Shown: in pieces, positions 58,442-64,000 of the stretch
Layout: the number at the start of each line of letters is the position of its first letter
Numbering within the stretch: the stretch's first letter is position 1
From: Candidatus Omnitrophota bacterium
GTDB lineage: Bacteria > Omnitrophota > Gorgyraeia > DTHP01
Length of the DNA stretch: 64,000 nucleotides
Direction: 5' to 3'
NCBI GenBank assembly: GCA_023819145.1
Contig: JAMWCW010000003.1
Span: forward strand, 78,887 to 142,886
Program-made: the position numbers and the translations under genes
Notes under the pieces: generated by a model
What the model was told of the DNA's origin: nothing
Databases searched by the model: none
Seen by the model: only the letters and a program-made list of their open reading frames with translations

Positions 58442-60091
58442 ATGAAAACGATTGTTGAAATTTTTTCAGAAGCAACAGAAAAATTTAAAGATAGAGTAGG
58501 AATACAGATGGTCTCTGATGGGGAAAAAGAGGCCATTTTTTATGCTCAGATTCGGTTGAAGGTAGAGAAAATCATTTGGCGATTGAAGAATTGGGGTATA
58601 GAGAAAGGAACTCCTATTGGCATTTTGTCGGAGAATCGTCCCGAATGGGTCTATGCTTATTTTGCCATTTTAAGTGCAGGGGGAGTAGTAGTAGGTATTG
58701 ATATCAATCTGAAGCCACAGGAAATTTTATTCATTCTTCAGCACGCGGAGATAAAGATCATCTTTGTGTCTAAAAATAACCTCCCTATAATCTCAGAGAT
58801 GGACAAAAGCTCTTTACTTGAGAAAATAATTTGTTTTGATGATGGGGAGGGAGATGGGATATGCCGTCTCTCTGATATTCTTAAGGAAGATTTTGCATTT
58901 TTACCTTCTACTGAAGTTTCAGTAGATGACCTTGCGATGCTTGTTTACACATCCGGAACAACCGGTAATCCTAAGGCGGTTATGCTTAGCCACCGTAACA
59001 TTACGAGCAATATAAAAATGATACGCAAGATTTTTCAATGGGATTGGCGGGACAATTTTTTGTCCCTTTTACCCCTTTCTCATATGTTTGAGCTCACCTG
59101 CGGATTACTTGCTCCATTCTCTTCGGGAGCGAAGATTACTTATATCAGTTCATTGAGACCCGATTATATTTTAGATACGATGAAGGACGAGAAGGTAACT
59201 TTTGTGATGGTAGTCCCTGGCATATTACGTTTAATCCGTATGGAGATATTAAAACACATAAAACAAATTTCCCTAAAGAAAAAACTTATTTTTTATTTAT
59301 GTTTTGGAATCTGTGCGGTATTTCGGTTGTTTAATTTAAATTTGGGTAAGATAATGTTTAAAAAAATCCATGAGCGCTTTGGCAGGAGTTTAAAATTTTT
59401 TGTCAGTGGAGGAGCTCCTTTGTCTCCTTTTATTATTTGGTGGTTTGATGTTTTGGGGATTACAATATTACAGGGCTATGGACTAACCGAAGCTTCTCCC
59501 GTTATTTCTGTGAATACTCCTTTAGAAAACCGCATCGGTTCAGTAGGAAAACCTCTTCCGGGTATAGAGGTAAGAATCGAGAACGATTTCGCTACGGGAG
59601 AAGTATTGGTAAGGGGTGAAAATGTAATGCTTGGCTATTATAAAAATACCCAGGAGTCAAAAAGCGCTTTGAGAGACAATTGGCTCTATACGGGTGATAT
59701 AGGAAGAATAGATAGCCATGGTTTTCTCTATATTCTGGGAAGAGAAAAAAATGTAATTGTTTTGGAATCGGGGTTAAAAGTTTATCCTGAAGAATTAGAA
59801 GAAGAATTACTCAAGAAACCCGCGATTCGTGAAGTATGCGTCATTGGTAAGAGAGAGTTTGGTTATCCCGAGGAGAAGGTATATGCCTTAATTGTTCCTC
59901 ATGAAGAATACCTGGGTTTGACGTTAGATAAAGATTTAGATAAAATAAGGGAGTTTTTGGAGAAAGAGGTAAAGGCTTTAAACGAACGTTTGGCTGCCTA
60001 TAAGCACATCCGTGGATTTGAGATACGCAAGGACCTTCCCAAAACTGCCACCCGAAAAATAAAGAAAGAACTAGTTAAAAATACGCTTTAA
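58442..60091 (+). CDS. Long-chain fatty acyl-CoA synthetase
   Basis: YTSGTTGNPK, QGYGLTEASP, TGDIG. Confidence 0.9.
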   Translation: MKTIVEIFSEATEKFKDRVGIQMVSDGEKEAIFYAQIRLKVEKIIWRLKNWGIEKGTPIGILSENRPEWVYAYFAILSAGGVVVGIDINLKPQEILFILQHAEIKIIFVSKNNLPIISEMDKSSLLEKIICFDDGEGDGICRLSDILKEDFAFLPSTEVSVDDLAMLVYTSGTTGNPKAVMLSHRNITSNIKMIRKIFQWDWRDNFLSLLPLSHMFELTCGLLAPFSSGAKITYISSLRPDYILDTMKDEKVTFVMVVPGILRLIRMEILKHIKQISLKKKLIFYLCFGICAVFRLFNLNLGKIMFKKIHERFGRSLKFFVSGGAPLSPFIIWWFDVLGITILQGYGLTEASPVISVNTPLENRIGSVGKPLPGIEVRIENDFATGEVLVRGENVMLGYYKNTQESKSALRDNWLYTGDIGRIDSHGFLYILGREKNVIVLESGLKVYPEELEEELLKKPAIREVCVIGKREFGYPEEKVYALIVPHEEYLGLTLDKDLDKIREFLEKEVKALNERLAAYKHIRGFEIRKDLPKTATRKIKKELVKNTL

Positions 60092-60099
60092 GATTTATA

Positions 60100-60182
60100 T
60101 GCTGGAGGTGGGAGTTGAACCCACACGGGTGTAACCCCACCGGTTTTTGAGACCGGCGTGTATGCCATTCCACCACTCCAGC
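60100..60182 (-). tRNA. tRNA-Leu(CAA)
   Basis: Cloverleaf GCTGGAG...CTCCAGC-A; anticodon loop CTCAAAA; long variable arm; CCA not encoded. Confidence 0.95.
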
Positions 60183-60221
60183 ATTAATTCTTATACCCAT
60201 AAACTCTACTACCACTTTTTA

Positions 60222-60635
60222 CTAGTGAAGCACCTGTCTATTTTTTGCTCCTTGACGTAATTGCAAGGCTCGAGGAGGTCCGATAATCGCAGAGTAAATT
60301 ATGGCAGTTTCTAATTCATGGGGAGAGATTGTTTCTCCCTTTTCTGTTTTAGATAGTTTTATTTCTTCAACCTTTTCTTTTTTTTCTAAGTTTATCTCTT
60401 GAATTTTTTCAACTTCTAATTCTTGCGCTTTTTCTTTTTCTTCAAACACTACCTCTGCAGGAAGATTTTCTTCCCCGTAGGGTATTTCCAGAGTTTCCAA
60501 AAGGTCTTCTAAGGGGTTTTTGGGGGAAGTTTTTTCTTCAACAGGTGTATGTCTTTTCTTGCGTTCTAAAATTTGTCCCACCGATTGTAAGACAAAGAGG
60601 ATAACGATAAAAAATAGAAAAAATAAATTCTCCAT
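60222..60635 (-). CDS. Hypothetical membrane-anchored protein (YqfB-like position)
   Basis: N-terminal TM, Glu/Lys-rich body, AIIYSAIIGPPRA end; downstream of floA. Confidence 0.65.
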   Translation of the reverse strand: MENLFFLFFIVILFVLQSVGQILERKKRHTPVEEKTSPKNPLEDLLETLEIPYGEENLPAEVVFEEKEKAQELEVEKIQEINLEKKEKVEEIKLSKTEKGETISPHELETAIIYSAIIGPPRALQLRQGAKNRQVLH

Positions 60636-60683
60636 TACCTAAATTACCTCTTTACAAACGGATTGTTATAGATAAATTTATAT

Positions 60684-61667
60684 TTAATCTTTTTCTTTCT
60701 TTTTCTCCTCAGTCGGTTTACCAATTCGCTCCCGCATCTCCGTATCTGCTTGGATGTTTCGTAGCGAATAATAATCCATTACTCCCAGTTTTCCCTCTTT
60801 AAAGGCATAAGCAATTGCTTTAGGAATTTCTGCCTCTGCTTCTACCACCTTTGCTCGCATCTCTTGGACGCGTGCTTTCATTTCCTGCTCTTGGGCTACG
60901 GCAAGAGCCCTTCTTGTCTCCGCTTTTGCCTGGGCAACTTTTAAATCTGCTTCTGCCTGGTCTGCCTGAAGCTGAGCGCCGATATTTTTCCCTACATCAA
61001 CATCCGCAATATCAATGGAAAGAATCTCAAAAGCAGTGCCCGAATCCAACCCTTTTGCCAAAACAGTTTTAGAAATTAAATCAGGGTTCTCTAAAACATT
61101 TTTATAACTCTCGGCAGAACCGATGGTAGTAACAATTCCTTCCCCAACACGGGCGATAATCGTTTCCTCAGTTGCTCCTCCTACCAGCCGTTCGATATTG
61201 GCACGCACCGTTACGCGTGCTTTTGCCTTTAATTCTATGCCATCTTTGGCGACTGCTGCCAGAACTCCTTCTTTAGGGGCATCAATTACTTTGGGATTTA
61301 CTGAAGTTTTCACTGCATCCAAAACATCCCGTCCCGCAAGGTCGATAGCACAGGCCCGTTCAAATTTTAAGTCGAGATTTGCTTTATCTGCAGAGATTAA
61401 TGCTTTAACGACACGAATTACGTCTCCGCCTGCAAGATAATGCGCTTCTAATCCATCCAATTTTATAGAAAGCCCAGCTTTATGGAGCATAATTAGACCG
61501 GGAACAATAATCCGCGGGTCAACATTGCGTAGGCGCATGCCGATTAGACTGAAGATAGAAATTCTTACTCCTGCGGCAATAGCCGCAATCCAGAGTCGCA
61601 CGGGAATGAAATAGCCAAAGAGAAAAAGCGTTGCTACAATAACTATAGCGATGACAAATACAGGCAT
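60684..61667 (-). CDS. floA: Flotillin-like protein FloA (YqfA)
   Basis: [39 protein letters not shown]. Confidence 0.95.
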   Translation of the reverse strand: MPVFVIAIVIVATLFLFGYFIPVRLWIAAIAAGVRISIFSLIGMRLRNVDPRIIVPGLIMLHKAGLSIKLDGLEAHYLAGGDVIRVVKALISADKANLDLKFERACAIDLAGRDVLDAVKTSVNPKVIDAPKEGVLAAVAKDGIELKAKARVTVRANIERLVGGATEETIIARVGEGIVTTIGSAESYKNVLENPDLISKTVLAKGLDSGTAFEILSIDIADVDVGKNIGAQLQADQAEADLKVAQAKAETRRALAVAQEQEMKARVQEMRAKVVEAEAEIPKAIAYAFKEGKLGVMDYYSLRNIQADTEMRERIGKPTEEKKKEKD

Positions 61668-61707
61668 TTTGCACCTCCATTCTTGGTTAAATGTTAACTG
61701 GTTTTAA

Positions 61708-62187
61708 CTAAATTTGTTTGACGATGACACGATTGCCTTCTGTTTTTATGACTAAAACTTGTTTATTCTGTTCAATGAATACCCCTCCTTCAGAGAGTGC
61801 ATCGATTCTTTTCCCTTCAATTAAGCATATTCCAACAGGGCGAAGAGGTGAGATGGTTTTCCCTATTTTGTTGACTAAACTACTTAAATCGCCTTTAAAG
61901 GGTTTAAAACCTGCTTCTTTCGTTTCCTGATGTTCCAAACGGAGTTTTTTCCAGATTTTGGTTTTGGGAAAGAGCCTCCATGATAAAATAATAAGCATCA
62001 AACTGCCTAAAGAAACAATCAATCCTAATCCAAGGTTTAATTTTGTCCAAGCGAAATAGGAAGCAAGGATTAAAGAGGCAATTCCACTCATTCCCAGTAT
62101 GCCAAAACCGGGAATAATTAAAATCTCAATGGCTAAAAGCACATAGCCTAATAAAATAAGCGTTAAAACCAATAACCAATTAGGCAT
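61708..62187 (-). CDS. Short NfeD family protein
   Basis: EILIIPGFGI TM region, C-terminal OB fold (LRPVG). Confidence 0.85.
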   Translation of the reverse strand: MPNWLLVLTLILLGYVLLAIEILIIPGFGILGMSGIASLILASYFAWTKLNLGLGLIVSLGSLMLIILSWRLFPKTKIWKKLRLEHQETKEAGFKPFKGDLSSLVNKIGKTISPLRPVGICLIEGKRIDALSEGGVFIEQNKQVLVIKTEGNRVIVKQI

Positions 62188-62221
62188 TATCTTATTCCTT
62201 GATTTATTTGTAAATCAGGAA

Positions 62222-63691
62222 TTAAATCGATTTAACTACTACTTTTGCTCCTTCGATACTTATGACTTTTACCTCTTTATCCTTTTCAATAAATTCACCT
62301 TCGCTGATTACATCCAGGACTTTTCCCGAGAATTCTGCCTTACCCGATGGTCTAAGATAGGTAATAGTTTTACCTATTTTACCGATTAAATTTTCTTTAG
62401 TCAAATCAATAGTACTGTAACCTTCTTCTTTAGATTCTTTCTCTTGTAAAATTATTCTTTTCCAGAGTCCGGTGCGAGGAAGAAAATTTATGGACAACAG
62501 TAACACTACCAAAGTAGCAAAGAAAGAGTAAACAACAACCTGAAATGCTTGAAGTAGTTCTCTGTGCGGGGTATGCAAGGGGTGTTTAATTAAAGCTAAG
62601 AAAATGCTAACCAAAAGCAGTATTCCTCCTGAGATTCCTGCGAAGCCAAATCCGGGAAAGACAAAAATTTCTAAAAAGATTAGAATCAGTGCAAGGATGA
62701 AAAATATTATCTCCGTCCAGTTTGCTAGACCTACAAGATAATGTCCCCAGAAAAATAGTGCTAAAGAAATTACCCCCAAGGTTCCTGCTATCCCCCAGCC
62801 AGGGATTTTTATCTCAAAGATAATTCCCAAGAAACCCAACGTTAAAAGTAAGGAACTCACAATTGGATGGGTCAAGAAGCGCACCAGATTTTCCGACCAG
62901 CTGGGTTTAGGTTCAAACATTTCTTTTTCTTTTAGATTTAAAAACGCAAGGAGTTCTTCGCGCTGAGAAATAATTTTTTTTACCATCCCCAATTCTTTTG
63001 CCTCTTCGGCAGTGAGATTGAGAAGTTTACCTTTTTCTGTCACGGTTTTTATTATTTTTATTTTTTCTTCTCCCAGTTCACTTTTTTTCTCTGCAACTTC
63101 CTCAGGGTAAAGGATAAAATTTTCTTCACCGATTCTTACCAATTTTAATTCTAAATCTTTATCCACAAAAGCCTCTGCCAATTTAGGACTGTGTTTATTT
63201 GCTTCTGCGGTAGCTTTAAATTTCGCTCTTAAAGCGGAAATGGTTTTTTCGTCTTTTACTTCTTCTTCATTACCCATGCCTATGGCACGGGGTTCTGCGG
63301 AGCCAATACTTGAACCAGGAGTCATGTAAATTTCTTCACAGGCAAGAGAAATCAATGCCCCTGCAGACCAGGCTTCACCTAACACAAATGCCTTTACGGG
63401 AATGGGCTTTAGCTCTTCCAAGGATTTAACAATTTCCCCAGCAGCATCCACTCTTCCCCCAAAAGTATCAATCTCTACTATTACTGCAGAGGCGTGTTCT
63501 TCCTTTGCTTCTCTGGTTACGCGTTTAACAAATGCCGAAAGCCCCAAGTCAATTACCCCTTTTATGGGGACGACATAAACCGCACTTTTTTCCTGACTAT
63601 ATCCGGAATTTAATAACCCCCCTAACCCGTAACCAAGAACCAGTAACCAAAGAAATAATTTGGGAAATCTCTTAAAAATCTGTGCAATCAT
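62222..63691 (-). CDS. NfeD/YqeZ membrane-bound ClpP-class protease
   Basis: IDTFGG, AWSAGALI, TM bundle, LRPSG OB fold; start likely ATG 63691. Confidence 0.9.
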   Translation of the reverse strand: MIAQIFKRFPKLFLWLLVLGYGLGGLLNSGYSQEKSAVYVVPIKGVIDLGLSAFVKRVTREAKEEHASAVIVEIDTFGGRVDAAGEIVKSLEELKPIPVKAFVLGEAWSAGALISLACEEIYMTPGSSIGSAEPRAIGMGNEEEVKDEKTISALRAKFKATAEANKHSPKLAEAFVDKDLELKLVRIGEENFILYPEEVAEKKSELGEEKIKIIKTVTEKGKLLNLTAEEAKELGMVKKIISQREELLAFLNLKEKEMFEPKPSWSENLVRFLTHPIVSSLLLTLGFLGIIFEIKIPGWGIAGTLGVISLALFFWGHYLVGLANWTEIIFFILALILIFLEIFVFPGFGFAGISGGILLLVSIFLALIKHPLHTPHRELLQAFQVVVYSFFATLVVLLLSINFLPRTGLWKRIILQEKESKEEGYSTIDLTKENLIGKIGKTITYLRPSGKAEFSGKVLDVISEGEFIEKDKEVKVISIEGAKVVVKSI

Positions 63692-63698
63692 AGTTATT

Positions 63699-63761
63699 AA
63701 TATACCATTCAAATCTGGATGTGTCAATTGTATTGACATAAAAGGGTATTTTTGTTATTTT
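63699..63761. promoter_or_regulatory. Back-to-back divergent sigma70 promoters (nfeD / tRNA-Ala)
   Basis: Minus strand: TTGACA(63727-63722)-17-TATATT; plus strand: TTGACA(63733-63738)-17-TATTTT. Confidence 0.6.
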
Positions 63762-63787
63762 ATTTGTCTATAATAGCAAAAATCTTT

Positions 63788-63863
63788 GGGGCCGTAGCTC
63801 AGTTGGGAGAGCAACAGGCTGGCAGTCTGTGGGTCAGGGGTTCAAATCCCCTCGGCTCCACCA
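63788..63863 (+). tRNA. tRNA-Ala(GGC)
   Basis: GGGGCCG acceptor stem with G3:U70, anticodon loop CTGGCAG, GTTCAAATC T-loop, CCA end. Confidence 0.97.
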
Positions 63864-64000
63864 TATTGAATTATCCGCATCGCCCTCGCCTTCGGCTCGG
63901 GCTTCGGCAGGCAGATTGGCGAGGAAATTAAAAAGTTTATGAAATCAATTGACACGCTTCAGAAATTTACCCCCACACCAATAAATTATGTATTATGTTT

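Noticed and set aside
714-61930. Numerous short antisense or alternate-frame ORFs in the track (e.g. 1671-2129, 39459-39836, 50094-50579, 61123-61440)
   Set aside because: They overlap well-supported genes and show no recognisable motifs; they are shadow ORFs.

Overview
AT-rich bacterial chromosomal segment, almost entirely + strand. It is mostly housekeeping genes in a Bacillota-like order (mcsB-clpC...radA-PIN/TRAM-ispDF-cysE-cysS; tmk-holB-PSP1-metG-tatD; dnaG-rpoD; nfeD-floA). It also carries diderm markers (MlaEFD, an AsmA/TamB-like protein), so a PVC/Omnitrophota-like lineage is my unverified guess. Two tRNAs are present: Leu-CAA (-) and Ala-GGC (+). Two accessory blocks stand out. (1) At 40.8-49.9 kb, eight unrelated proteins (PD-(D/E)xK nuclease + His/Cys protease-like domain, SAM methyltransferase, a hypothetical, FeoA, kinase-like, thermonuclease, uridine kinase, GNAT-like) all have signal-peptide-like leaders. 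Seven share an R-R-x-[K/R] motif after the hydrophobic segment, conserved as peptide but not as DNA. This is a candidate undescribed export/effector-targeting signal. (2) At 19.9-22.2 kb there is a decaying RiPP cassette: HprK-like kinase pseudogene, PqqD/RRE, an unannotated 45-aa WxxP precursor and a radical SAM/SPASM pseudogene. Short heptamer tandem repeats recur at gene junctions and possibly inside cysS. All calls come from reading motifs by eye; no database searches were run.
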